In this document: positions 1 to 8,744 of the stretch, piece by piece
Layout: every line of letters begins with the position of its first letter
Numbering within the stretch: position 1 is the first letter of the stretch
Source: Pseudoalteromonas translucida KMM 520
Lineage (GTDB): Bacteria; Pseudomonadota; Gammaproteobacteria; Enterobacterales; Alteromonadaceae
DNA: 32,000 bases
Assembly (NCBI RefSeq): GCF_001465295.1
Contig: NZ_CP011034.1
Span: forward strand, 90,001 to 122,000
Direction of reading: 5' to 3'
Position numbers and translations under genes: made by a program
The notes under the pieces: generated by a model
Told to the model about the DNA's origin: nothing
The model's input: the letters and a program-made list of their open reading frames with translations, nothing else
Databases searched by the model: none

Positions 1-270
1 CAACAACAAACTCAATTAACCGGTTTAGGAGCGCGGGCTTTAGCTGCACACCAAAACTGTTTTGAGTCGTTAGCAGTATTTGCCGTTGCACTTGCGGTGG
101 TATTAGGCACTAATAATGTTAATGCGGTAACCGAAGCCTTGGCGATGAGCCACATTGTAGCACGTGTTTTATTTTGTGCTTTTTACTACCTTAACCTAGA
201 TATTATGCGCTCAATTATGTGGTTTGTTGGTATAAGTACAGCTATTGCAATGATTGCAGTGAGCTTTTAA
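1..270 (+). CDS. MAPEG-family membrane protein, C-terminal fragment (5' end lies outside the window)
   Basis: Frame 1 is open from the window edge to TAA at 268-270. The translation ...GARALAAHQNCFESLAVFAVALAVVLG...MRSIMWFVGISTAIAMIAVSF shows the R-x3-AH-x-N-x2-E motif and hydrophobic helices typical of MAPEG proteins. Not in the ORF track because it is truncated. Confidence 0.6.
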   Translation, partial: QQQTQLTGLGARALAAHQNCFESLAVFAVALAVVLGTNNVNAVTEALAMSHIVARVLFCAFYYLNLDIMRSIMWFVGISTAIAMIAVSF

Positions 271-306
271 ATTTATTTTAAACCCCCAAAGCGCTTTAAA
301 AGGCGC

Positions 307-996
307 TTACTTTAAAATATCGCTTTTATTAATTGCAATATATTGCCCTTGGGCAAGGTTTAGCGTTTGCAGGGTTAGCTCGCTAATTTGCTCGCGATAC
401 AAGTCAATTACCTTATAACCACAGTAATGTGCCATTTTTCTAATTTGCCTATTAAGCCCTTGCTTTAAAATAATACTAAATTGTTTGTCTGCTATTTTTT
501 CAACGCTACAGGGCAAGGTTATTTGCTTATCTACCGGTACACCTGCGGCCATTTTTGTACAAAACTCGGCATCAATACTTTTATTAACGCTAACTAAGTA
601 ACGTTTTGGCTGGTGGAAGTCGGGGTGAATTAGCTGGTTACATAACTCACCATCGTTGGTTAATATAAGTAAGCCACGGGAGTCCTTATCAAGGCGGCCA
701 ATAGGGTAAACCCGCGTAATAGTAGGCAGGTGGTGATAAAGGCTAGTAGGGTCATTCTGATCAAGCTTGCAGTCAATACCTACAGGCTTATGATAAGCAA
801 AATAAATTAACTCAGCAGCGCCTTTAATAATTTGCCCGTTAACTGTTATGTGGTCTTGTTCATCAACATGGTCAATATGATTAGCTGGGCGGTTATTTAC
901 TATCACTGCACCTTCGTCAATTAAACGTGAGGCTTGCTTACGCGAGCAAACACCGGCATGGGCAATGTATTTAGCAAGTCGAATTTTGGTGCTCAT
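307..996 (-). CDS. rluF: 23S rRNA pseudouridine synthase, RsuA/RluF family
   Basis: 229-aa ORF. It has an N-terminal S4 motif (IRLAKYIAHAGVCSRKQASRLIDEG) and the catalytic-Asp motif GRLDKDSRGLLILTNDG. Its GLNRQIRKMAHYCGYKV closely parallels E. coli RluF GLNRQIRRMCEHFGYEV (recalled from memory). It lacks the long basic tail of E. coli RluF. Confidence 0.8.
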   Translation of the reverse strand: MSTKIRLAKYIAHAGVCSRKQASRLIDEGAVIVNNRPANHIDHVDEQDHITVNGQIIKGAAELIYFAYHKPVGIDCKLDQNDPTSLYHHLPTITRVYPIGRLDKDSRGLLILTNDGELCNQLIHPDFHQPKRYLVSVNKSIDAEFCTKMAAGVPVDKQITLPCSVEKIADKQFSIILKQGLNRQIRKMAHYCGYKVIDLYREQISELTLQTLNLAQGQYIAINKSDILK

Positions 997-1174
997 AAAT
1001 GGGTGCTGTTAGTCGTTAGCAAAAGTGTGCAGCAGATTATAGCAAAGCTGCCAAGTAAACATTACTGAAGGTGGGTAAATAGCCATAACTTTAGTGTTAG
1101 GCGCTACAGAGTATGCATTTTATAAGTAGTTGTTGGTTTAATAATTTTTAATTTTATAAATATTAGAGGCGTTA

Positions 1175-1585
1175 ATGTATCAATTATATGCAAATAATGA
1201 CGATTGCTTAAATCAGGCGCTTCGTCAAAAAATAGTGGCGTTTAATAGCGCGCATTTTGATGCTGAGCGTATGCCTCTTGGTTATCAGTTTTTAGGCGCA
1301 CAAAAAGAATTGGTCGCAGGGATTAGTGGCTGTGTATTTGGCAATTGGTTGCAGATAAATTGGCTTTGGTGCAGCGAGTTAGTACGTGGCAATGGCTTGG
1401 CGACTAAGTTACTAGTCGCACTTGAAGAGGCGGCAGTTGAGCTTGGAGCAACGAAGGCGCAGCTCGATACGCTTGATTTTCAGGCCAAGCCTTTTTATGA
1501 AAAGCACGGTTACCAAGTTAAGTATCAACTTAATAATTATCCGCGCACGGGTACTCGCTATTTTATGGAAAAGCCGCTTATTTAA
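1175..1585 (+). CDS. GNAT-family N-acetyltransferase (small, single domain)
   Basis: 136-aa ORF. The acetyl-CoA binding motif region is VRGNGLATKLLVALEEAAVELGA, followed by FYEKHGY, as is typical of GNAT folds. The substrate cannot be inferred. Confidence 0.7.
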   Translation: MYQLYANNDDCLNQALRQKIVAFNSAHFDAERMPLGYQFLGAQKELVAGISGCVFGNWLQINWLWCSELVRGNGLATKLLVALEEAAVELGATKAQLDTLDFQAKPFYEKHGYQVKYQLNNYPRTGTRYFMEKPLI

Positions 1586-1599
1586 CCCTTGCAGGGTGA

Positions 1600-1956
1600 T
1601 TAAATAGCTTTAAGTGGCTCGCCTGTAAAGGTTACGCCTAAAAATGGGGTAACTTCAGGAGCAAGCATAAAGGTACGAATATTCATATGATCGCTACCTT
1701 TTGGGTTGTTAAGCACATCTTGATGATAAAACTGACCAAAGCAATCGAGCGTATTTTGTTTACTAAGTTGGTTTAGTTTTGCAAAAGCGAAAATTTTGCA
1801 AGAACCATTGTTCTCGCTCGCTGCACTGAGTAAACCATGATTATTAAATGCGCAAGGAGTGAAGCGGTAATGTGTATCGATAATTGCCATAGTGTCGGTA
1901 AATTCGATGCTTTTTGGCTCATTTGCCAATTTTTCTAGGTAGTCACTTAGAGTCAC
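1600..1956 (-). CDS. HopJ-family (type III effector HopJ-like) protein
   Basis: 118-aa ORF. The segments IEFTDTMAIIDTHYRFTPCAF...NNGSCKIFAFAKLNQLS...CFGQFYHQDVLNNPKGSDHMNIRTFM match my memory of the HopJ (PF08888-type) family pattern. Confidence 0.7.
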   Translation of the reverse strand: MTLSDYLEKLANEPKSIEFTDTMAIIDTHYRFTPCAFNNHGLLSAASENNGSCKIFAFAKLNQLSKQNTLDCFGQFYHQDVLNNPKGSDHMNIRTFMLAPEVTPFLGVTFTGEPLKAI

Positions 1957-2043
1957 TTTCTGTCCTTAGGATTATTTTTATACTTAACTCTAACCTATCT
2001 GTTTACTGATTTATATTAAATTTAATGGTTAATATACTTACGC

Positions 2044-2748
2044 TTAGATTAAGTGTGATAAGGCATTAATGTTAGTTATTTCAATATCGGCAAGGCCTTT
2101 GTAAGTATAGTTGGCAGTTTGGTTATTTAACCATACAGATTGGCAGCCGGCATTATTAGCGCCTTGCACGTCGCTATCTAGGCTGTCACCAATGTGTAAA
2201 ATAGCTTTGTGTGGCACCTGTAAATGTGTAGCCGCTTGATCAAACAAGTTGTTGTGCGGTTTAGCTTTACCGTGTAAACCCGCTTGCAGTACCAAGTTAA
2301 ATTTATTATTTAAATTAAACTGGCTCACATCGGCATTGCCGTTTGTTATGGCTATAAGGGTAAAACGAGTAGCGAGCTTGTCGAGTAAGTTAAGTACGTC
2401 ATCGGTCACGGTTATATTACTGCGAGCTTGAGCAAATATCTTGTACGCAGCACTTGCAAAGTGTTTTGCGTCGTCGGCATTAAAGCCTTGCTTGGCAAGA
2501 AGTAAGCCCAGTGTTTGCAAACGCCACTGCGTTACATCTTCAATTAATTTTGGCTGCTGCTGCAGTGCACAATCACGACAATGCAGCCATTGCTGCAAGC
2601 CTTTATGTTGATAACCCGGTAGGGTATTTAAATAATCAGTTTGCGCTTGTACGGCGGCTTTAATAATAGGGCGATTGTCGTAAAGGGTATCGTCTAGGTC
2701 GAAGCTTAATACCGACACAGGTGCAATGGCACGATTAAAACGGATCAT
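2044..2748 (-). CDS. yigB: HAD-superfamily phosphatase, YigB-like
   Basis: 234-aa ORF with HAD motif I (FDLDDTLYD) and motif IV (HIGDSLDSDVQGA). It lies immediately downstream of xerC, as yigB does in E. coli. Confidence 0.75.
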   Translation of the reverse strand: MIRFNRAIAPVSVLSFDLDDTLYDNRPIIKAAVQAQTDYLNTLPGYQHKGLQQWLHCRDCALQQQPKLIEDVTQWRLQTLGLLLAKQGFNADDAKHFASAAYKIFAQARSNITVTDDVLNLLDKLATRFTLIAITNGNADVSQFNLNNKFNLVLQAGLHGKAKPHNNLFDQAATHLQVPHKAILHIGDSLDSDVQGANNAGCQSVWLNNQTANYTYKGLADIEITNINALSHLI

Positions 2749-2761
2749 ATTATGGTTTTTC

Positions 2762-3709
2762 CTAATCGGTTCGCTTTTTTGCCCTTGGGTGCGTGTTGTC
2801 GTACACCTTGGCTAAATGCTGAAAATCTAAATGAGTATACACTTGGGTGGCCGATAAACTACTGTGCCCGAGTAGTTCTTGTACTGCGCGTAAATCGCCT
2901 GATGACTCTAAAATATGCGAGGCAAACGAGTGGCGCAATTTGTGCGGATGCACTTGCGAGCTAATGCCTTGCTTGATGCCCCATTCTTGCATTCTTAAAC
3001 GTACTTGGCGTACCGAAATGCGATTTTTTTTGCTACTTAAAAATACCGCCACTTCGTCAGGGTTTGCAAATTGAGGGCGTATTATTAGCCATTTTTTTAG
3101 CGCGCTTAACGCTTTACTGCCTACTGGAATTAAGCGTTCTTTATTGCCTTTACCGCGTACTAATATTTCACCATTTGCGGCGCTTATATCTTGTAGGTTA
3201 GCACCAACTAACTCGCTAATACGTAAGCCTGATGAGTACATAAGCTCCATCATGGCTTTATCTCTAATGGCCAGAGGTTCGTCGTCGGGTATTTCGAGCA
3301 AGCGTGCCATTTGATCTACATCGAGATTTTTAGGTAAAGGCTTAGCAAACTTAGGCCCTTTTATGCCTACCGCTGGGTTATGGTAATGCGCTTGTTTAGC
3401 AATGTTTTTGGCTTTTAAGAATTTATATAAACTGCGAATACAACTGAGCTTTAAACTAATAGTGCGGCCACTTAATTGTTTTGAGCGCAGTGCCATGCTG
3501 TAACGGCGAATATGCTCACCCTGTACGCTAAACCAGTCGTCGCAGAGTTTACTAAAGTAAAGCGCTGCAAAGCCAAGCTGGCTGACATATTGGTTAACAG
3601 TGTGCGCTGAGTACTGCCTTTCAAATTTTAAATAGTCGCTAAATAAAGTAATAGGCGTGCGCCAGTTATCGCTTAAATCGCTGATATTAGGCGCAGGGTT
3701 GTCACTCAT
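2762..3709 (-). CDS. xerC: Tyrosine recombinase XerC (chromosome dimer resolution)
   Basis: 315 aa. The full catalytic set is visible: SSGLRISEL (Arg), KGNKERLIP (Lys), HPHKLRHSFASH (His-x-x-Arg) and LLGHSSLSATQVYTHL (His and Tyr). It sits in the conserved dapF-yigA-xerC-yigB context. Confidence 0.92.
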   Translation of the reverse strand: MSDNPAPNISDLSDNWRTPITLFSDYLKFERQYSAHTVNQYVSQLGFAALYFSKLCDDWFSVQGEHIRRYSMALRSKQLSGRTISLKLSCIRSLYKFLKAKNIAKQAHYHNPAVGIKGPKFAKPLPKNLDVDQMARLLEIPDDEPLAIRDKAMMELMYSSGLRISELVGANLQDISAANGEILVRGKGNKERLIPVGSKALSALKKWLIIRPQFANPDEVAVFLSSKKNRISVRQVRLRMQEWGIKQGISSQVHPHKLRHSFASHILESSGDLRAVQELLGHSSLSATQVYTHLDFQHLAKVYDNTHPRAKKRTD

Positions 3710-4317
3710 GCAAGTTCCAGTAACCTTGACTGCAGAGCGAGTACAAAGTCGAGTACAAAAAGGGTGTCTTGCGCGGGTTCAAAGTGGTTCGCGTTATTGC
3801 TGGCAAAGGCCAAAATAGCGATGGGCTTTTTAATATCGCCAATTAAATAAATAGCCGTTGATTGCGCCGTATCGCTAAATAACAAATCCTGCTCTTGTTG
3901 ATTAATACGCCCTAAATAGTGCCCAGAATTACTCAGGCGATGCTCAACAAGTTGAGCATATTGAGTGTCGTACTTTACTAACCGACACTCGCTAATATCT
4001 GGATTACTACAAATAATATTTTGTAAGTTACTGGCAAGCGCATCGAAGTCGTTATTAGTGTAAAGCTGTTGATGGCATAAGCTAAATAAGCGATACACTT
4101 GCTCATTTTGTGCAGCGTGTTTGCTCATGCTGGTAATTTGATTTTTTAACAACGTATTGTGCTCGCGCAATTGGCGCTGCTGAATATGCACCAAAGATGT
4201 TGCACCTTGAGCTTGTTGGTGTAGCTCAAGCTGAGCAAGTAGCTCAGGGTGCTGAATTAAAAAATCAGGGTGGTGTTTTAAATAATCAACAACTTGCTGC
4301 GCACTTAGCTCACTCAT
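3706..4317 (-). CDS. yigA: DUF484 protein (YigA family)
   Basis: 203 aa. The N-terminus [20 protein letters not shown] is typical of DUF484. It lies between dapF and xerC and has ATGA 4-nt overlaps at both ends. Confidence 0.8.
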   Translation of the reverse strand: MSELSAQQVVDYLKHHPDFLIQHPELLAQLELHQQAQGATSLVHIQQRQLREHNTLLKNQITSMSKHAAQNEQVYRLFSLCHQQLYTNNDFDALASNLQNIICSNPDISECRLVKYDTQYAQLVEHRLSNSGHYLGRINQQEQDLLFSDTAQSTAIYLIGDIKKPIAILAFASNNANHFEPAQDTLFVLDFVLALQSRLLELA

Positions 4318-5144
4318 AGTGCTACTTGTCCATCAAACACATGCTCTGCTGGGCCGGTCATACGCACTGGGTGACCTTCACCGTTCCAGCGAATTTGTAA
4401 ACTGCCACCGGGTAAGTCTACTTGTACTGTGGTGGTTAACTTATTTTGAATAAACCCAATAACCATGGCTGCACAAGCACCTGTACCACATGCAAGTGTT
4501 TCGCTTACACCGCGCTCCCATACTCGTAATTTAATATGTTCTTTGGAAATTACTTGCATAAAACCAATATTAGCTCGCTGCGGAAAACGCTCATGGTTTT
4601 CAAGTAACGGACCCAAAATATCAACTTGTGCGGTAGTAATATCGTCAACTTCTAATACACAATGTGGGTTACCCATAGAAACCGCGCCACTAAAAACAGT
4701 ATGCTCTTCGGTACGAATAATATAGGTCAGTTCGCGCTTGGTTGCTTTGAGTGGGATTTTACTTGGCTCAAAATTAGGGTGGCCCATATTTACAGTTACT
4801 TGGCCGTCTTTTTCTATGTATAGGGTTAAATTACCCGATTTAGTAGATACAGTAATTTTGTGTTTATTGGTAAGGCCTTTCATACGTACAAAGCGGGCAA
4901 AGCAACGTGCGCCATTGCCGCATTGCTCTACTTCGGTGCCATCGGCATTAAAAATACGGTAATGAAAGTCGAGATCTGGGGAGTATGGTGCTTCAACCAT
5001 TAGCAGTTGGTCAAAGCCAATGCCAAAATGGCGGTCGGCCAGTTTTATTATTTGATCTCGCGACAAAAAAACGTTTTGTGTAATGTTATCAATCACAACA
5101 AAGTCGTTGCCTAAGCCGTGCATTTTGGAAAAATTAACTAACAT
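4314..5144 (-). CDS. dapF: Diaminopimelate epimerase
   Basis: 276 aa. The protein starts [10 protein letters not shown], and both catalytic Cys motifs are present ([11 protein letters not shown] and ACGTGACAA). Confidence 0.95.
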   Translation of the reverse strand: MLVNFSKMHGLGNDFVVIDNITQNVFLSRDQIIKLADRHFGIGFDQLLMVEAPYSPDLDFHYRIFNADGTEVEQCGNGARCFARFVRMKGLTNKHKITVSTKSGNLTLYIEKDGQVTVNMGHPNFEPSKIPLKATKRELTYIIRTEEHTVFSGAVSMGNPHCVLEVDDITTAQVDILGPLLENHERFPQRANIGFMQVISKEHIKLRVWERGVSETLACGTGACAAMVIGFIQNKLTTTVQVDLPGGSLQIRWNGEGHPVRMTGPAEHVFDGQVAL

Positions 5145-5207
5145 AGCGCTCTAATTCGGTTTTGCTCTGCGCTAATCATGCCACAGAGCAGGGACTTACA
5201 AAAACGT

Positions 5208-6461
5208 TTAAGGTAAAATTTTCTCACCTTGATACAGGCTCTCTATGGTTTCGCGTTCGCGAATAAGATGGTGTTGACTGCCATCTACCATTATTTCTGC
5301 AACGCGCGGACGAGAGTTATAATTTGAACTCATAGTAAAGCCATAAGCACCGGCACTTCTTTGTACCAGTAAGTCGCCTTGTTTAAGTGCTAACTCGCGG
5401 TCTTTACCTAAAAAGTCACCGGTTTCGCAAACAGGGCCAACAATATCAAAGTTATGAGTAGGGGTTTCGTCGTCGCGTACCGATACCGGAATAATTTTTT
5501 GCCATGCCTGATAAAGCGCTGGGCGCAGCATGTCGTTCATGCCAGCATCAACAATAGCAAAGTACTTATCTTGGTTTTGTTTAATAAATTCCACTTGAGT
5601 AACTAAAACTCCAGCGTTAGCAGCAATGGCACGGCCGGGTTCAAATATAAGCTCAAGGTGGCGATAATTAACCAAACGCTCAGTAACTTGCGCGGCATAT
5701 TCGCTAGGGTGCGGAGGTTGCTCGTCATTATAAGTTACCCCTAAACCGCCACCAATATCTAAATGGGTAAGCTCGATGTTACACGCTTTTAATTCATCTA
5801 TTAGCGTGAGTAACTTATCAAGTGCTTCAAGGAAGGGTCTGGTTTCGGTGAGTTGCGAGCCAATGTGGCAATCAACGCCAATAATGTTTAACCCAGGCAG
5901 CGAAGCGGCATGTTGATACACGCTCACAGCTGTTTGAATATCTATACCAAACTTGTTTTCTTTTAAGCCGGTAGAAATATACGGATGCGTTTTTGCATCT
6001 ATATCGGGGTTAACACGAATAGAAATAGGCGCTGCTAAATTTAGCTCACAGGCCACTTCAGAAATACGTTCTAGCTCCGAGACCGACTCAACATTAAAGC
6101 ATTTAATACCGAGCTTTAATGCATAGGCTATTTCGTCAGCTGTTTTAGCAACACCCGAAAACACCACTTTAGAGGCATCGCCACCGGCTTTAATCACCCG
6201 TGCCAGTTCACCCTTAGATACAATGTCGAAGCCCGACCCTAAACGCGCTAATATATTGAGTACCGCAATATTAGAGTTTGCTTTTACGGCGTAGCATACC
6301 AGGCTTTTATGATTTTTGGTGGCGTTAGCAAAGGCTAAATAATGGCGCTCAAAGGTGGCTCGCGAATAAACGTAGCATGGCGTACCATATTGCTGAGCAA
6401 TACTTGCAATGCTTACATCTTCAGCAAATAATTGATTGTTTTTATAATTAAAAAAATCCAT
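5208..6461 (-). CDS. lysA: Diaminopimelate decarboxylase
   Basis: 417 aa. It carries the PLP-Lys motif YAVKANSN, the Gly loop DIGGGLG and the CETGD motif. An AGGAG Shine-Dalgarno lies inside the end of the upstream lptM gene. Confidence 0.95.
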   Translation of the reverse strand: MDFFNYKNNQLFAEDVSIASIAQQYGTPCYVYSRATFERHYLAFANATKNHKSLVCYAVKANSNIAVLNILARLGSGFDIVSKGELARVIKAGGDASKVVFSGVAKTADEIAYALKLGIKCFNVESVSELERISEVACELNLAAPISIRVNPDIDAKTHPYISTGLKENKFGIDIQTAVSVYQHAASLPGLNIIGVDCHIGSQLTETRPFLEALDKLLTLIDELKACNIELTHLDIGGGLGVTYNDEQPPHPSEYAAQVTERLVNYRHLELIFEPGRAIAANAGVLVTQVEFIKQNQDKYFAIVDAGMNDMLRPALYQAWQKIIPVSVRDDETPTHNFDIVGPVCETGDFLGKDRELALKQGDLLVQRSAGAYGFTMSSNYNSRPRVAEIMVDGSQHHLIRERETIESLYQGEKILP

Positions 6462-6656
6462 TTATTGCTCCTGATTTTTAGGTGTATTGGTTTGCTCAGT
6501 TTGCGCTGCTGGATTAGCTACGTCTTGAGGTTTATTTTGTTCTGCTTTTTGCTCTGGCAAATAGAGCGGACCGCTTTGACCACAGCCAGCTAATGCGCTT
6601 AGCAGTACAGTGCTTATTAATAGTTGCTTAAATTGTGAAGTATGTATCGCTTTCAT
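6462..6656 (-). CDS. lptM: Small lipoprotein LptM (YifL family)
   Basis: 64 aa. A signal peptide with lipobox LAGC is followed by the GQSGPLYLP signature of YifL/LptM. It is divergent from cyaY, as in E. coli. Its stop codon abuts the lysA ATG (TAAATG). Confidence 0.75.
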   Translation of the reverse strand: MKAIHTSQFKQLLISTVLLSALAGCGQSGPLYLPEQKAEQNKPQDVANPAAQTEQTNTPKNQEQ

Positions 6657-6803
6657 TAGATTAATAGTGTTGCTGGCTTTATAATCGCAGAGTAACAGAA
6701 TATCTAAAAAATGCAGCTATTCGCGGATGATTTTATTCCTGTTACACTAGCTGTACAAAAACGCACCCACTATTAGGCGGCTCGCCTGCAAAGGAAATTA
6801 ACC

Positions 6804-7127
6804 ATGACTGATCATGAATATCACCAATTAGCCGAAGCACTTATGTTCACAATTGAAGAACAAGTTGATGATTGTGAAGCAGATTTAGATTATGAGTCGG
6901 CACAAGGTATTTTAGAACTTATTTTTCCTGACAACAGTAAAATTGTGATTAACAAGCAAGCACCTTTACACCAAGTATGGGTTGCGACTAAATTTAACGG
7001 ACATCACTTTGAATTACGTGGTGATAAGTGGATAGATAATCGCTCTGGCGCAGAGTTTTGGCAGTTTATTAACGAGGCATCAACTCGCCAAGCTGGCCAA
7101 GACGTTAAATGGCAATCATCGTTATGA
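6804..7127 (+). CDS. cyaY: Frataxin homologue CyaY (iron-sulfur cluster assembly)
   Basis: 107 aa. It shows an acidic N-terminal helix ([19 protein letters not shown]), [13 protein letters not shown] and [13 protein letters not shown], all typical of CyaY. Confidence 0.9.
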
Positions 7128-7780
7128 GTTTAGAGTTTGTAGAATATCCGGCTCAAGGTGAGCATAAAGCAACCGTTATTTGGTTGCACGGCTTAGGTGA
7201 TTCGGGGGAAGGTTTTGCACCCGTAGCACCACAGTTACAATTACCAAGTGAACTAGGGCTGCGATTTATTTTCCCGCACGCGCCTGTGCAACCGGTCACC
7301 ATAAATGGTGGCATGGAAATGCGTTCTTGGTATGATATTAAATCAATAGAATTAGATAAACGTGCCGATGAGCAAGGTGTAAGAGATTCTGCCGCTAAAG
7401 TAGAGCAACTTATTAACCAAGAAATAGCCAATGGTATTGCTGCTGATAAAATTATTTTAGCGGGTTTTTCCCAAGGTGGCGTTGTAGCTTTGCATTTAGC
7501 CCCACGTTTTGAGCAAAAACTGGCGGGTGTAATGGCGCTTTCAACCTATATGTGTGTACCAGAAAAACTAGCAGATGAAGCGCTACACACAGATTTAAAT
7601 GTTTTTATGGCGCATGGCAGTCAAGATAACGTAGTGCCGCCTAGTGCCGGTAAAAGTGCGTTCGAAGTATTAACAGCACTTAGCATGGATGTAAGCTGGC
7701 AAGAGTATCCTATGGCTCACCAGGTTTGCGCAGAAGAACTGCAAGCTATTCGCCATTGGTTAATTGCTCGCTTAAGCTAA
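7109..7780 (+). CDS. Carboxylesterase/phospholipase-family alpha/beta hydrolase
   Basis: The catalytic triad elements are visible: the nucleophile elbow [14 protein letters not shown] (Asp) and MAHQV (His). [14 protein letters not shown] is typical of the PF02230 family. The start is ambiguous: ATG 7109 (ORF track) or, more likely, in-frame ATG 7124, which forms an ATGA overlap with the cyaY stop. Confidence 0.8.
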
Positions 7781-7802
7781 TAATGGAGCCGCTGAGGTTA
7801 AA

Positions 7803-8708
7803 ATGAGTCAAAAAATAGTTATTAAAGCAAATGTTAAACGCGAACCACAAGAAAGCGTAGCTACACTAACCTACGAGTGGAATTGGCGTCGTATTGTGAG
7901 TATTTCTATGCTGCTACTCATGACCTCTGCTGCCGTTATATATGGCTTAACCAGTGCCGTTAGTGCCGAGCAGGACGATCACCCAAATGAGCCAGAAGAT
8001 AGGGTGTTGGCGCAAAGTAACGATACAAGCCAGCGTGCTGTTACTGCATTACAAACAACGCAAGCAGGGCTAAATAGTCCGGCAACAGTTGCGCCACAAA
8101 ACAGTGAAAGTGAGTTGTTAGTTGCACCTATAAATTTAGTTGCAGAGCAAAAAATAGCAGAGCCTGATAAAGTAGTAGCGGCAGAGTTACCCGCAGCCCC
8201 GCAAGCTGAGATTAAAAACTACTCACCAGAGCCGGTTAATATTGAGCAAGTTCCCACTACCGATTTATTAGTTGATACAGATGTTGCCGCTATTAGTGAT
8301 ACAGCACCTTCTAGCACGCAGGGCTTTGCCCCTTTGGCGCAGCTAGCGAGTGTGGCACTTGGCGCGCAAATAGATACCGATAAAATAAGCCGAGCCGTGC
8401 TTACACGTAAAGTAAGCAAGCGAGAGCCGGTAAATGTATTTGCTGCAGATATTCGTTTAAGTCAATTTGACGAGACGTTATCGTTTTTTAGTGAACTAAA
8501 AAACTTACAAGGCCAACAGGTAAAGCATGTATGGTTTTTTGAGGATGATATTGTGGCTGAAATTGAGTTAGATATAACATCCTCTCGTTATCGTACATAT
8601 TCAACTAAGAATATAATGGACTCGCAAATAGGCCAATGGCGGGTTGATGTAATTGATGAGCAAGGCCAATTAATTGCTCAAAAAGAATTTAGAATATTAG
8701 CTGATTGA
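7803..8708 (+). CDS. Membrane-anchored protein of unknown function with a low-complexity linker and a C-terminal beta-rich domain (possibly DUF2914-like)
   Basis: 301 aa. It has a short basic N-terminus, one TM helix (IVSISMLLLMTSAAVIYGL), about 150 aa rich in A/P/Q/E/T, and a conserved-looking C-terminal ~100 aa (VKHVWFFEDDIVAEIELDITSSRYRTYSTKNI...GQWRVDVIDEQGQLIAQKEFRI). The DUF2914 assignment is from memory only. Confidence 0.55.
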   Translation: MSQKIVIKANVKREPQESVATLTYEWNWRRIVSISMLLLMTSAAVIYGLTSAVSAEQDDHPNEPEDRVLAQSNDTSQRAVTALQTTQAGLNSPATVAPQNSESELLVAPINLVAEQKIAEPDKVVAAELPAAPQAEIKNYSPEPVNIEQVPTTDLLVDTDVAAISDTAPSSTQGFAPLAQLASVALGAQIDTDKISRAVLTRKVSKREPVNVFAADIRLSQFDETLSFFSELKNLQGQQVKHVWFFEDDIVAEIELDITSSRYRTYSTKNIMDSQIGQWRVDVIDEQGQLIAQKEFRILAD

Positions 8709-8744
8709 GCCAGCTAAATTGCAATTATTAAGTGAGTATTTTTT

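Noticed and set aside
1175-1585. The small GNAT as a possible GNAT-type toxin of a toxin-antitoxin pair.
   Set aside because: No small upstream or overlapping RHH/DUF1778-type antitoxin ORF exists. The only neighbour is convergent (HopJ-like), not co-transcribed.
2762-3709. A tyrosine recombinase as a possible marker of an integrated mobile element.
   Set aside because: It is XerC in its canonical dapF-yigA-xerC-yigB operon, with translational coupling. No att-like repeats, tRNA or phage/ICE genes are adjacent.
6462-6803. A possible lysine riboswitch or other leader upstream of lysA.
   Set aside because: lysA starts immediately after lptM with no leader. The 147-bp region upstream of lptM is too short for an L-box and shows no extended conserved helices that I can recognise.
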